A DNA stretch of 61,651 nucleotides, the filler included, from a bacterium (GTDB lineage: Bacteria > JAMOTN01): NCBI GenBank assembly GCA_027062325.1. It is 3 parts of 3 records of this genome, joined end to end, with 100 filler letters (N's around TTAATTAATTAA, not from the genome) between each part and the next. Parts side by side here need not be neighbours in the genome. Positions count along the whole stretch, not along the records: positions 1 to 28,465 come from JAMOTN010000050.1; positions 28,566 to 56,686 come from JAMOTN010000051.1; 1 more part is not named here. One strand, written 5' to 3'. The translations under genes and the position numbers were made by a program. Below are positions 19,581 to 30,100 of the stretch, piece after piece. The stretch's first letter is position 1, and each line of letters starts with the position of its first letter. The notes beneath the pieces are model-generated. The model worked only from the letters and a program-made list of their open reading frames with translations. It was not told where the DNA came from and made no database searches.

Positions 19581-20801
19581 TTGGAGGGATCAGTGATGGA
19601 ATGGTTGCTTGCCGCCTGGATTGCGGGAATTGTGATTACTCTTGGATTTGAGTTGTTAAGCATCGGTGAGGTATCAATCCTAACAGTTGTTTTTTTGATT
19701 TTTTCAAAAATTTTGACTCCTAAAGAGGTTTTTTCAAACTTTTCTAAGGATGTTGTATTTTTAGTTATGTTTCTATTTCCAATGGGAGAAGCTCTTTTTA
19801 AAAGTGGATTTTCTGAATTTAAAGCTTCCCGAATCGTTGAATGGGCCAGAGGGAATCTTAAGTTAGCGGTAATAGGTTTGAGTTTGTTTGCTATGTTTGT
19901 AAGTGCCTTCACTACCAATACTGGTACGACGCTGTGTTTGTTGCCTATAGCTGCTTCTCTGGCTAGGAAATTTTCTGAAAGGGGAGGAAAGAATGATTAT
20001 TCTACTTTAATTTACTTATCTCTTGCGATATCTGCCTCTATTGGTGGAACACTTACCTTGATAGGAACACCACCCAACATAATAGTTGCAGGTTTTGAAA
20101 AGAGCATAGGATTCTTTGATTTTTTGAAGTTTGGGCTTCCAATGGCGCTATTTTGGCTTTTTTATCTGTATGTAGCAGTGCCTAAGACGGATGTCAAAAT
20201 TGAGTTAACTAAACCCAAAGTTGATTGGAGGGTACCTGTGGTTTTTGCTTTGTTACTCTTGGCTTTTTTATTTAAAAAGTACACAGCTTTTTCATATGCT
20301 TCTTTTGCACTTCTTGCTGTTGCAGCTTTGATATTTATGAGAGTATTGACAGTAAAAGAGGTGTATGCCTCTATCGATTGGAACGTTGTATTTTTGGTGT
20401 GGGCTATGTATGGCGTAAGTTTAGCTATGAAAAAGACAGGATTGTTGCACGACATTGTAGCAGTCCTTGTGAAGCACTTTTCTCCTACAGTAGCTATGGT
20501 GATACTATTGGCACTTGCCTACGTATTAGCAAACTTTGTTTCCCACACTGCAACGACTCTTATACTTGCTCCTATAATTGCAGCCATGCCACTTGATGGT
20601 ATGAAAGTGTTTTGGTTGATGGCTTTGGCTTTTTCTACAAGTGTTGCTTGTGCTACCCCGCTTGGAACGCCTCCGAATGCGATAGTTTACTCGGCTGGAA
20701 AGTTGAAATTTAAAGATTTCTTTAAAGTTGGAATGATAATACTTGCTTTTGCTATCGTAGAGTTGATGGTGCTTTATTGGGGATGGAGATGGATAAATTA
20801 A
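19581..20801 (+). CDS. SLC13/DASS family anion (di/tricarboxylate or sulfate) transporter
   Basis: SAFTTNT, GGTLTLIGTPPN, TPLGTPPNAIV; many TM helices. Confidence 0.88.
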   Translation: MEGSVMEWLLAAWIAGIVITLGFELLSIGEVSILTVVFLIFSKILTPKEVFSNFSKDVVFLVMFLFPMGEALFKSGFSEFKASRIVEWARGNLKLAVIGLSLFAMFVSAFTTNTGTTLCLLPIAASLARKFSERGGKNDYSTLIYLSLAISASIGGTLTLIGTPPNIIVAGFEKSIGFFDFLKFGLPMALFWLFYLYVAVPKTDVKIELTKPKVDWRVPVVFALLLLAFLFKKYTAFSYASFALLAVAALIFMRVLTVKEVYASIDWNVVFLVWAMYGVSLAMKKTGLLHDIVAVLVKHFSPTVAMVILLALAYVLANFVSHTATTLILAPIIAAMPLDGMKVFWLMALAFSTSVACATPLGTPPNAIVYSAGKLKFKDFFKVGMIILAFAIVELMVLYWGWRWIN

Positions 20802-20824
20802 GTGTTGAGTTAGGAGGGAGTTGA

Positions 20825-21631
20825 ATGAAGGATTTCGTTTTTATTGCAGGACCTTGTGTAATAGAGGAAAACAGTAGTTTAGATGAGGCTGCAGCTTTTT
20901 TAAAGGAGCTGTTTGAGAAAATGGGATTACTTGATAATTTTTACTTCAAAGCCTCCTATGACAAAGCAAATAGGACAAGTTTAGATTCCTACAGAGGGGT
21001 TGGATTGGCCAGAGGTGTAGAGATGCTTGCTGAAGTTAAAGAAAAGTACGGGGTGAAAATATTGACGGATATACATCTACCACAAGAGGCTTTTATAGCA
21101 GCAGAAGTTGCAGATATTCTTCAAGTACCGGCGTTCTTGTGCAGACAGACGGATATAGTGGTGGCTGCTGCTAAAGCTTGCGCTGCCAGTGGATGCAAAG
21201 GAGTTAATATTAAAAAAGGACAATTTATGGATCCTATGGATATGAAATTTTCTGTTGAAAAAGTGAAGCGTACGAACTCAAAAGCAGAAGTATGGGTTAC
21301 AGAAAGGGGAACGTTTTTTGGATACGGAAATTTGGTTGTAGATTATAAGGGAGTTGTCAGAATGCGAGAAGCAAATTTTGCAGATAAGGTTGTATTTGAT
21401 GCTACTCACTCTGTTCAGCAGAGAGAAGGTAAGGTGACAGGTGGGAACAGAGACTATGCTCTTTATCTTGCTAGAGCTGCTGCTGCTGTGGGAGTAGATG
21501 GAATATTTGCTGAAGTTCATCCGGAGCCAGATAAAGCTCTTTCTGATGCAAAAAATAGCCTTAATTTTGAACTTTATGAGAGATTGGTTAAAGATGTTTT
21601 GGATATAAGAAGAACGCTTGGGTTTGAGTAA
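20825..21631 (+). CDS. kdsA: KDO-8-phosphate synthase
   Basis: IAGPCVIE, KASYDKANRTS, PAFLCRQTD, KKGQF, FDATHSVQ. Confidence 0.97.
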   Translation: MKDFVFIAGPCVIEENSSLDEAAAFLKELFEKMGLLDNFYFKASYDKANRTSLDSYRGVGLARGVEMLAEVKEKYGVKILTDIHLPQEAFIAAEVADILQVPAFLCRQTDIVVAAAKACAASGCKGVNIKKGQFMDPMDMKFSVEKVKRTNSKAEVWVTERGTFFGYGNLVVDYKGVVRMREANFADKVVFDATHSVQQREGKVTGGNRDYALYLARAAAAVGVDGIFAEVHPEPDKALSDAKNSLNFELYERLVKDVLDIRRTLGFE

Positions 21632-21661
21632 AAAAATGTGTAATAACTTCTAAAAGAGTAG

Positions 21662-22654
21662 GTGGTAGGTGTGGAAAATTTAAAAAATGAGCTTTTGGAG
21701 GTTGCAAGAGAAGTTTTACAAAAGGAGTCGGAAGCTATAAAACAGCTTTGTAAAGAGAAGAAAGACATTGTTAAGGCAGCAGAACTTATTTTAGCTACTG
21801 AAGGACAGGTTATAACTTCTGGTATGGGAAAAAGTGGCTTTATTGCTCGCAAAATGGCTGCGACTCTTTCCAGTGTTGGAGTGCCAGCTACGTATTTGCA
21901 TCCTTCTGAGGCTTTGCATGGTGATGTAGGTGTTATAACATCTAAAGATACTTTGATTCTTTACTCTAAAAGTGGACGTACTTCAGAAGTGGTTCAGGTT
22001 TTGCAGCTTGCCCGAAGACTAGGAGTTGGAGTTGTAGGAATAACTGCCGAGCCTTTAAGTCCTTTGGCACAAAACAGTGATGTATTTATCAACATAAGGG
22101 TAAAAGAAGAAGCACCGCCGTTATTTGTTGCTCCAACTGTCTCCACAACTGCAATGCTTGCAGTTTCTGATGCAATTGCTATGGTAACTGTGAAGGAGCG
22201 TAATTTTACAAAACGAGATTTTGCGAAGTTACATCCCGGAGGAGCTTTAGGGAAAATGATGTTGGTTGATGTTGCAAGTTTGATGGTGACTGGAGATGGA
22301 ATACCGCGCGTGACTCCTGATGCTTCTTTTGCTGATCTTTTAGTTGAAATGTCTGTGAAGAGTTTAGGGTGTGCAATAGTGTTTGAGGATTTGAAGGATA
22401 TGAAAAGTATGATAGGAATAGTTACAGATGGAGACTTACGTCGGTTTGTTGTTAAGCATGACGATCCCTTTAAGTTTATGGTTAAAGACATTATGACTCG
22501 TAATCCAAAAGTTATTAAAAGTACCGCCCTTGCAGATGAAGCTTTGCGTATTATGGAGGATAACAAGATTACTGTGGTACCAGTTTTAGATGAAAAAGGA
22601 TTGGTGGTTGGGGTTCTCCATATGCATCACATACTTCAGGCAAAGTTAGTGTAA
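21662..22654 (+). CDS. kdsD: Arabinose-5-phosphate isomerase (SIS plus CBS domains)
   Basis: GMGKSG, HPSEALHGD, HPGGALG, CBS pair. Confidence 0.93.
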   Translation: MVGVENLKNELLEVAREVLQKESEAIKQLCKEKKDIVKAAELILATEGQVITSGMGKSGFIARKMAATLSSVGVPATYLHPSEALHGDVGVITSKDTLILYSKSGRTSEVVQVLQLARRLGVGVVGITAEPLSPLAQNSDVFINIRVKEEAPPLFVAPTVSTTAMLAVSDAIAMVTVKERNFTKRDFAKLHPGGALGKMMLVDVASLMVTGDGIPRVTPDASFADLLVEMSVKSLGCAIVFEDLKDMKSMIGIVTDGDLRRFVVKHDDPFKFMVKDIMTRNPKVIKSTALADEALRIMEDNKITVVPVLDEKGLVVGVLHMHHILQAKLV

Positions 22655-22655
22655 A

Positions 22656-23303
22656 GTGAGTTGGTTGATGGAGGGGATTATGGTGGAAGGAGTAAACTTT
22701 GAAAAGATTTTAAAAGATTGGGCTGATACTTTGAGAGACATAAAAGTTATTTTTTGTGACATAGATGGAGTTATGACTACAGGTGGTATTCAGATGATAA
22801 ATGTTGCTGGGCATATGGGGGAGTTGATGGCATTTTCAGGTCACGATGGAATAGCAACTCGTATGGCTCGGCTTGCTGGTTTGAAAGTTTGTTGGATAAC
22901 AGGTAGGGGAAATGAAATAGTATTTGCAAGGGCAAAAAGACTCTGGGTTAATGCTGTTGTTACTGAGTGTATGGAAAAAGATAAAGCAGCAGAAAGGCTT
23001 TTGAGTGAGTTTGACTTGCATTGGAGTGAGGCATGTGCAATTGGGGATGATATAATTGATGTTCCTATGGTGGAAAAGGCTGGATTTGGAGTTGCTGTTA
23101 AGAATGCTTCTATTGAGTTAAAGGAGGTTGCAAATTACGTCACAGTTAATGAAGGTGGAAGAGGAGCGGTTCGTGAAGTGATAGAGTTGATATTAAGGGC
23201 TAAGAACGCATGGGAAGAGAGCTTTGAAAGTTTGAAGGCAATTTCTTCAAAGACGGAGAGTTTTTACTGGATTGAACAGCCTGAGTTTTTAAAGGGGCGG
23301 TAA
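22656..23303 (+). CDS. kdsC: KDO-8-phosphate phosphatase (HAD)
   Basis: DIDGVMT, DGIA, ITGR, IGDD.ID, GGRGAVRE. Confidence 0.92.
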   Translation: MSWLMEGIMVEGVNFEKILKDWADTLRDIKVIFCDIDGVMTTGGIQMINVAGHMGELMAFSGHDGIATRMARLAGLKVCWITGRGNEIVFARAKRLWVNAVVTECMEKDKAAERLLSEFDLHWSEACAIGDDIIDVPMVEKAGFGVAVKNASIELKEVANYVTVNEGGRGAVREVIELILRAKNAWEESFESLKAISSKTESFYWIEQPEFLKGR

Positions 23304-23311
23304 TTTGAAGT

Positions 23312-23815
23312 ATGCGCTACTTTTTTATACTGTTTGTTCTGTTGGGAGTAATTGTTTGGTTTTCCAAAGAAAAGGAGTATAAGGGATGGAAAGGTGTAAA
23401 GTTTCGTGAAGCAACATTTTATGATGGTAAGGGCGTTGGAAGAGCAAAATGGTGCTGGCGTGATACTAACAGAAATGTATTTATTGTTTGGATGGGTACT
23501 GTCGAAATGGGAGGTCAGAAGTTTACTGCAACCGATGCGACCTATGAAGCTAAAAAATACCGTCTTTATGTTTCTGACTTTTGGGAATTCACAACGGATG
23601 AAGTTTTTTGGGCAAGGAGGGGTCTTTACAAAACTAAGATAAAAAAATTTGATGGAGAGGGGGGAGTTTTATATCGTAATTCGACGGTTGAGGTGCATGC
23701 TTCGAAGATACACGTTGAGGAAGAGTATGGAAGGTATGAGTTTTATGATAGTGTAGAGGTGGTAAGACTTAAAACTAAAGGAAGTATTGGAGTGAGAAAA
23801 AATGATGCGAAATAA
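23312..23815 (+). CDS. LptC-like LPS transport protein
   Basis: Single N-terminal TM helix plus beta-rich domain; located between kdsC and lptA-like gene. Confidence 0.55.
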   Translation: MRYFFILFVLLGVIVWFSKEKEYKGWKGVKFREATFYDGKGVGRAKWCWRDTNRNVFIVWMGTVEMGGQKFTATDATYEAKKYRLYVSDFWEFTTDEVFWARRGLYKTKIKKFDGEGGVLYRNSTVEVHASKIHVEEEYGRYEFYDSVEVVRLKTKGSIGVRKNDAK

Positions 23816-25016
23816 GATATTTCTCACATTTATCGGATTTTTTCTCATTGTGGGTTACTTAGTATTTGCTTCTTCTGGAGTTTACGGAGTGAAACATTGG
23901 CGTCTAAAAAGTGATAGCTTACTTATCTTGAAAAGTGGAGAGTATCTGGCAAAGGGAAATGTACGAGTTTACATGGAAGATATGATGCTTCGTTGTCAGA
24001 GGTTGTTTTTCAACAACCAAAATGAGAGATTCAGAGCAGAAGGAGGAGTCTTTGCAGTACGTCAGGGAAGTAAGTTGTGGTGTAGTCGCATGTACACCGG
24101 TAAAACTACGAATGAGATAGTACTTGATGGTAATGTGAAGATTGACAGTGAAGATTATCGCGTTCAGGCTTCAAAAGCATTTTTCTACCGCGATAGAGAG
24201 ATGGTTTATATTCCCTCCTACCCCAAAGTGACAGAATTGAGTACTCGTCCGTTTAAGAATGCTGTGGTTGGGAGAGAGCTTTTTTACTTTGTTCAGAAGG
24301 AGAAAGGATATATAGAAGGAGATGTTAATGCTATTGTTTACTCTAACAATGGAGAAAAAACGCGTATAACTGGAAAAAAGTTGAACTTTTATCCCGGCGG
24401 AAAATTTGAGATGGAAGGAGACGTGAATGTTGTCCAAAAGGACCTAACGCTTTCTGGAGATAGAGGGGAATACTTTGCCACTTCTGAAATTTCGATAATG
24501 TACGGTAATGTAGTGGCGCGTACAAAAGACAGTGTATTGAGGTGTGGTTATTTAAAAAGTTTTTTGAAAGTTAGAAGACATTATGCTCAAGGATCTCCGC
24601 GCCTCATTAGATTTGAAAAGGGTAAGAAAGGCATAGTTACACTTGATTTAACGGCTGATGAGATAGAGATATACGATTCAGAGAAAAAGTTGATAGCGAG
24701 GGGGAATGTGCGTCTTGTAAGAAGTGGTGGTGGGGAGGATGCAGTTTTGACAAGTGATATGCTCGAGTACTATCAGGAACGAAATTTGACGGTTGCAATA
24801 GGTAATGTAAAGGTGGATAGAAAAAATATGACAGTTTATGGAGATAAGCTTTTTTACGATCATGAAAAGGATACAGTGGAAGTTGAAGGGAATGCTAGAG
24901 CTGAGCGAGTGGAAGGAAATAAAAAGGATGTGATATGGGGTAAGAAAATTGTTTACAATGCCCAAACTGGAAGGGTTGTGGTTCTCGGGGCATATGGAGA
25001 GATGAACGAAAAGTAG
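23802..25016 (+). CDS. Long LptA/OstA family protein with repeated beta-jellyroll units
   Basis: Signal peptide; repeated A.GNV.. and GD.L.Y motifs. Confidence 0.8.
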   Translation: MMRNKIFLTFIGFFLIVGYLVFASSGVYGVKHWRLKSDSLLILKSGEYLAKGNVRVYMEDMMLRCQRLFFNNQNERFRAEGGVFAVRQGSKLWCSRMYTGKTTNEIVLDGNVKIDSEDYRVQASKAFFYRDREMVYIPSYPKVTELSTRPFKNAVVGRELFYFVQKEKGYIEGDVNAIVYSNNGEKTRITGKKLNFYPGGKFEMEGDVNVVQKDLTLSGDRGEYFATSEISIMYGNVVARTKDSVLRCGYLKSFLKVRRHYAQGSPRLIRFEKGKKGIVTLDLTADEIEIYDSEKKLIARGNVRLVRSGGGEDAVLTSDMLEYYQERNLTVAIGNVKVDRKNMTVYGDKLFYDHEKDTVEVEGNARAERVEGNKKDVIWGKKIVYNAQTGRVVVLGAYGEMNEK

Positions 25017-25031
25017 TGTATTTGAATTTAC

Positions 25032-25724
25032 TTGAGTGAGGAGAGGTTTATGAGTGAAAGTACTCAAAGTACTATTCAGGGTGTGAATTCAGAGTTAGAG
25101 TTTGATTTTGAAGTTGATTATTTTGGTAGCTTTAAGGGAAGGTTGGAGTTGCCGTTGCTTTTGAAGGGAGATTCCGGCACGGGTAAGAGTACATTTTTAA
25201 AGTGCCTTGCAGGACTTGTAAAGTGGAAGGGGGATTTGAGCTGTTGTGGTGTTTCTTTCAGGTCAAATTTCTATAGACGAATAAGACAGCGATATATTGC
25301 ATATCTTCCTCAGGAGGTTTTATTTGCAGCGGAGACTGTGCGTGATGATGTTAAGTGGTTCAAAAAAGTGCTTGTTGGGTTTGATGGTAAAAAGTTTGAG
25401 CAGTTTATGGAGAGGTTTAAAACTTTAGAGCTTGTAGATAAAAAGTGGAGCGAATTGTCAGGCGGTGAGAAGAAGAGGATTTCGCTGTGCTTAATGTTGT
25501 CTCTTGATAGAAAAATTTATCTATTTGATGAGCCTTTGACTGGTTTGGACGAGAAAGCTATTGATGAATTCAAAAAAATTAGAAAGGAGCTATTTGAGGC
25601 TGGAAAGTTTTACGTATTAGTATCGCACATTGCTGACAGAGAATTTGATTTTGAAAAAGTGGTAAGAATTGATGAAATAATTTTTCCAAAGGCGAACACA
25701 ACGAAGATTGAACAGAGCTGTTAA
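25032..25724 (+). CDS. ABC transporter ATPase (FetA-like)
   Basis: GDSGTGKS, YLPQ, LSGGE, FDEP, VSH. Confidence 0.85.
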   Translation: MSEERFMSESTQSTIQGVNSELEFDFEVDYFGSFKGRLELPLLLKGDSGTGKSTFLKCLAGLVKWKGDLSCCGVSFRSNFYRRIRQRYIAYLPQEVLFAAETVRDDVKWFKKVLVGFDGKKFEQFMERFKTLELVDKKWSELSGGEKKRISLCLMLSLDRKIYLFDEPLTGLDEKAIDEFKKIRKELFEAGKFYVLVSHIADREFDFEKVVRIDEIIFPKANTTKIEQSC

Positions 25725-25733
25725 AACGAGGAG

Positions 25734-26498
25734 TTGAAGTTTATGACAGAAGTGGTAAGTATATCTTCAATTGATCTGCTATTTTCGTGGTTATTCATAG
25801 GATTTGCAGCAGCTGTTGCATGGTGGTTTTCTATTGGAAATGAAATTGACATACTCGTTGCTTCTGTCAGGGCTTTAATTCAACTGATGTTAATGGGATA
25901 CGTATTGAAGTGGTTGTTTTCTGGATTTTATGGGGTTTACGTGTATGTAGCTGTAGCGCTTGCAATTGCTGCGCACAATGCTTCAAGATACGATGATCAG
26001 AGACGATTATACTCTGTTATTGGATGTGGTGTTGCGATAACTTTCAGCGTAGTGGCAGTTTTACTGTTTTTGCGTTTTACGGGGATTGTTCCATGGAAAT
26101 CTCGATACCTGATACCGCTTTTGAGCATGGCTTTATCTAGCGCAATGTATGTAAGTGCTCAGACTGTAAAAAGAGTGGTTGAGTTCTTTAAGACTTCCTA
26201 TTCTCAGTTAGAGTGGATAATGTCAACTGGCGTAGGAGTAATAGATGCAATAAAAAGGGTCATATCTCCTCTTTTAAAGATTGCTTTGATTAATCGTGTT
26301 GAGTCATTGAGAATGGTTGGACTGATTCACCTTCCGGGTGGTATGACTGGAATGATACTGATGGGAGCGAAGTTGTGGACTGCGGTTAAGATGCAACTTG
26401 TGATAATGTATATTCTTACTACGACTGCTTTAATTTCTGCTGTTATATATGCTGTATTTTACTCTTATTTGATATTGCGTGAGAGGATGTACTTTTAG
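25734..26498 (+). CDS. FetB/UPF0014 ABC permease
   Basis: RALIQLMLMGYVL, RYLIP, VGLIHLPGGMTGMILMG. Confidence 0.85.
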   Translation: MKFMTEVVSISSIDLLFSWLFIGFAAAVAWWFSIGNEIDILVASVRALIQLMLMGYVLKWLFSGFYGVYVYVAVALAIAAHNASRYDDQRRLYSVIGCGVAITFSVVAVLLFLRFTGIVPWKSRYLIPLLSMALSSAMYVSAQTVKRVVEFFKTSYSQLEWIMSTGVGVIDAIKRVISPLLKIALINRVESLRMVGLIHLPGGMTGMILMGAKLWTAVKMQLVIMYILTTTALISAVIYAVFYSYLILRERMYF

Positions 26499-26513
26499 TG
26501 GTGGAGTGGTTGA

Positions 26514-28049
26514 ATGGGTAAAAATGATGTTAGTCTTGAAGAGGGAGTTTTGGAAAGGGTAAAGGAGTTTGATGAGGCAGGGCTTGGGATTTTTAAGGGA
26601 AAGAGCTATCCTTTTAAAAAGCTTTTAACGTACAGCTATATACTTTTAGTTTTCATACTCATAACGGTTTTTTCGATGTTTATGATGTGGATATTCAATT
26701 TTTATGAGAAACAGTTGAACTTGACTGCCAATTTACTCGAAAGAAGCTTTAACACGGTTTATGCTCTTATAAAAGAACAAGCACGCCATTTTTTGAACTT
26801 TGTAGCAAGGACTAGACGCTTTGATTTACTTGACAGTGCGACTCTCTCATCCGATATATTCCCGTATTATCAGGAGGTACCACTTTTGGATAGCTTTTTT
26901 GTTTCCAGAAATAATGTGGAAAGTGAAGATGTGGTTTGCGTTGAAGGAAAGAAAGATGAGAAAAAAATTTATATTTGCGGAGTTGTATCGAGGAAGTGGT
27001 TGAGAGATAGCTTAATACCCAAAGGATTCAAGGTCATATATGCTCATGGGAAATTTAAGGTTAAGTGGAGTTCGGGGTTAAGATACAGGTTTATAGCTTT
27101 TGAAGTGGCTGTTCTCATGATTTCGCTTTTATTGGCTGTTGTCTTGGCAGAAATTTTTTCGGTTCGAATAGCAAAGTTTGTTGCTGAATTTTCACAGACT
27201 TTAAGACTATTGATAATGAGAGGAATGGGAGAGCGCTTTAATGAGGAAGTGTACTTTATAAAGGAATTTAAGGATTTAGCGGTTAACTTCAACAAGTTGA
27301 TGAATGAATTAGACAGCCTTAAGCGTGCAAAAGAAAACTTTTTAAAGGAGCTGGAGATTGCAAGTCGTGTTCAAAAAGAATTTCTTCCTACTATGAATAA
27401 GGCGCGTAAATTGAATGGTTACACCTTTTTTGCTATTACTCTTCCTGCTAAAATTGTAAGCGGTGATTTCTATGGATTTAAGGATAACAATGTATGGCTT
27501 GGAGATGTTTCAGGTAAGGGAGTTCCTGCTTCACTATTTATGGTAAAAGCAAGTGTTGCCATGGGAATGGCAGAAGGGGAAGACTTGGGGGAGATGTTTA
27601 GAGATGTGAATGAGTTTTTGGCTGAAAATAATGATGAATGCATGTTTGCCAGTATGTTTTGTGTATCTTTATCTGAAGTGGTGCAAGTTTTAAATGCAGG
27701 ATTTCCTGATCCGGTAATTGTGGAGAGTGGGAAGGGAAAGTTTTTGAGATTAAAGAGGTATCCGCCGCTTGGCTTTGATGATACTGTTATTTACGAGCCG
27801 AGCGTTATTGACTTAAAAGGAAAGGTGCTGGTTGCTTACTCAGATGGAGTGATAGAAACGGAGAATTATCGGGGGGAGCAGTTTGGTGAGGATAGGCTTT
27901 TAAAAGTTGTAGAGAATATGTGGAATTCAGCGCCGAATGATATGGCTCGTGGTATAATAAAAGCGGTTGAAGAGTTTAGAGGTAATATGCCTAAATTTGA
28001 CGATGTCAGTGTTTTAGTGATTGATGGAAGGACAAAAATTAAGGGCTAG
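26514..28049 (+). CDS. Membrane PP2C/SpoIIE (RsbU-like) phosphatase with HAMP domain
   Basis: Two TM helices, ELEIASRVQ, SGDFY, GDVSGKG, YSDGV.E, DDVS. Confidence 0.9.
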   Translation: MGKNDVSLEEGVLERVKEFDEAGLGIFKGKSYPFKKLLTYSYILLVFILITVFSMFMMWIFNFYEKQLNLTANLLERSFNTVYALIKEQARHFLNFVARTRRFDLLDSATLSSDIFPYYQEVPLLDSFFVSRNNVESEDVVCVEGKKDEKKIYICGVVSRKWLRDSLIPKGFKVIYAHGKFKVKWSSGLRYRFIAFEVAVLMISLLLAVVLAEIFSVRIAKFVAEFSQTLRLLIMRGMGERFNEEVYFIKEFKDLAVNFNKLMNELDSLKRAKENFLKELEIASRVQKEFLPTMNKARKLNGYTFFAITLPAKIVSGDFYGFKDNNVWLGDVSGKGVPASLFMVKASVAMGMAEGEDLGEMFRDVNEFLAENNDECMFASMFCVSLSEVVQVLNAGFPDPVIVESGKGKFLRLKRYPPLGFDDTVIYEPSVIDLKGKVLVAYSDGVIETENYRGEQFGEDRLLKVVENMWNSAPNDMARGIIKAVEEFRGNMPKFDDVSVLVIDGRTKIKG

Positions 28050-28072
28050 AAATTTGAATTGGAGGGATAGAT

Positions 28073-28465
28073 ATGAGGAGAAAAATGGAGAGGTTTATCT
28101 GGATTTTGGTTTTGATTGGTTTGGTGGCTTTTGTGGCTGTTTTCAACGCTAGATTGACAGCTTTTCAAGTAGCGGGAGGATTTGGTTTCTTGCTTTTCTG
28201 GCTGTTGGCTAACAGAATTTTATTTGGATTTTTGGGTATTGGGAGGATTTTGAAATGGGAAGATAAAGATTTTAATGTGGAGGAGAGGCAGTTTGTTTAT
28301 GAGCGGAGTACCCTTAAACTAAGTGAGTGTACAGTTTTGCCGCGTCTTGAACTTGCCCAGCTGTGGTATGCATCTTTAGAGCCTATAAAGTATGCTTTTT
28401 ATGGCTTTTACGTTCTCACAGTCGGATTTGATGTGATCTATACGATGGTTGTGGCAAGATTGGGG
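28073..28465 (+). CDS. Hypothetical membrane protein (3' truncated at contig end)
   Basis: SD GGAGG; hydrophobic segments; frame runs into the gap. Confidence 0.6.
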
Positions 28466-28565
28466 NNNNNNNNNNNNNNNNNNNNNNNNNNNNNNNNNNN
28501 NNNNNNNNNTTAATTAATTAANNNNNNNNNNNNNNNNNNNNNNNNNNNNNNNNNNNNNNNNNNNN
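28466..28565. other. Artificial contig-joining spacer
   Basis: N44-TTAATTAATTAA-N44 (stops in all six frames). Confidence 0.98.
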
Positions 28566-29483
28566 TGCCACAACTGGCAAACGCCCTACAAATTCGGGAA
28601 TAAGCCCAAACTTCAACAAATCATCTGGAACAACCTGCTCTAAAATTTTCCCTATATCCTCCATCTTCTCCTTCTTACTCTTTATATTAGCGCCAAAACC
28701 AATCTGGCTTGTAGCAATCCTCTTTTCTATTATTTTCTCAAGCCCATCAAATGCTCCCCCACATATAAACAATATGTTTGTCGTATCTATTGGAATAGTT
28801 TCCTGATGCGGATGCTTCCTACCCCCTTGAGGAGGTACATACGCTACAGTTCCCTCTAAAATTTTGAGGAGTGCCTGCTGAACACCTTCACCTGAAACAT
28901 CTCTTGTTATCGAAGGCGAATCAGTTTTACGAGCAAGTTTGTCTATCTCATCTATGTAGATTATTCCCCGCTGAGCTTTCTCTATATCCCAATCCGCTGC
29001 CTGGATAAGGCGTAAAAGTATGTTTTCAACGTCCTCTCCAACGTAACCTGCCTCTGTAAGAGTAGTCGCATCTGCAATCGTAAACGGAACATCCAAAATC
29101 TTAGCCAGAGTTTGAGCAAGCAAAGTCTTTCCACTTCCTGTAGGTCCTATAAGGAGAATATTTGACTTCTGTAAAATCACATCATCAGCCGGAGCAGAAT
29201 ATATCCTCTTGTAATGGTTGTAAACTGCAACTGACAAAACCTTTTTGGCCTTTTCTTGCCCCACTACCCACTTATCAAGCTCCGCCTTTATCTCTGCAGG
29301 TGTAGGAATATCTTTTACCTCTATTTCCTGCTTTTCTTCTGGGGAATTTATTATTTCATAACAAACCTTAACGCATTCATCACATATGTAAACTCCAGGC
29401 CCTGCTATGAGTTTTTTTACCTCACTTTGCCTCTTCCCACAAAACGAACATCTATATTCATCTCTTCCTTTTTTCTTAAACAA
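28566..29483 (-). CDS. clpX: ATP-dependent Clp protease ATPase (3' truncated)
   Basis: CSFCGK zinc finger, [30 protein letters not shown]. Confidence 0.98.
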
Positions 29484-29486
29484 AAC

Positions 29487-30086
29487 CTACCCCTCCCTCT
29501 CTTCTGCTTTTTCAATTACTTTATCTATTATTCCATACTCTTTTGCCTGTTCTGCCGACATAAAGAAATCTCTTTCTGTATCTTGGGCTACTCTATCATA
29601 CGGCTGCCCCGTATGTTTTACCAATATTTCATTTAACCTCTTTTTCAATCGCAAGATCTCTTTTGCCTGTATCTCTATATCAGTTGCTTGTCCATAAGCT
29701 CCACCTATCGGTTGGTGTATCATTATTCGGGAATTTGGAAGTGAATATCTCTTCCCTTTTGCACCTGAAGCTAAAAGAACTGCCGCCATACTTGCAGCTT
29801 GCCCTATACATATTGTTACAACATCCGGCTTTATATACTGCATCGTATCATATATAGCAAGCCCCGCTGTCACCACACCCCCAGGTGAATTTATGTATAA
29901 AAATATATCTCTATCTGGATCTTCCGCCTCCAAAAACAGCATTTGAGCCACAACTAAATTCGCAACGTAGTCATTTATCTCTGTTCCCAGAAAAATTATT
30001 CTGTCCTTCAACAGACGCGAATATATATCATATGCCCTCTCTCCCCGAGAACTCGTCTCAACAACTATTGGCACCAACATGCTCAT
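29487..30086 (-). CDS. clpP: Clp protease proteolytic subunit
   Basis: [24 protein letters not shown]. Confidence 0.98.
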   Translation of the reverse strand: MSMLVPIVVETSSRGERAYDIYSRLLKDRIIFLGTEINDYVANLVVAQMLFLEAEDPDRDIFLYINSPGGVVTAGLAIYDTMQYIKPDVVTICIGQAASMAAVLLASGAKGKRYSLPNSRIMIHQPIGGAYGQATDIEIQAKEILRLKKRLNEILVKHTGQPYDRVAQDTERDFFMSAEQAKEYGIIDKVIEKAEEREG

Positions 30087-30100
30087 TTACACCAACTCCT

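Noticed and set aside
21994-22566. Long antisense ORFs (also 34719-35303, 37369-37902, 58277-58795, 59327-59935)
   Set aside because: Shadow frames opposite well-conserved genes
28466-28565. TTAATTAATTAA palindrome within N runs, repeated at 56731
   Set aside because: Identical 100-nt spacers with six-frame stops; an assembly concatenation linker, not biology
28400-28700. Abrupt GC-skew inversion suggesting a replication origin or terminus
   Set aside because: Coincides with the artificial contig join and reflects contig orientation
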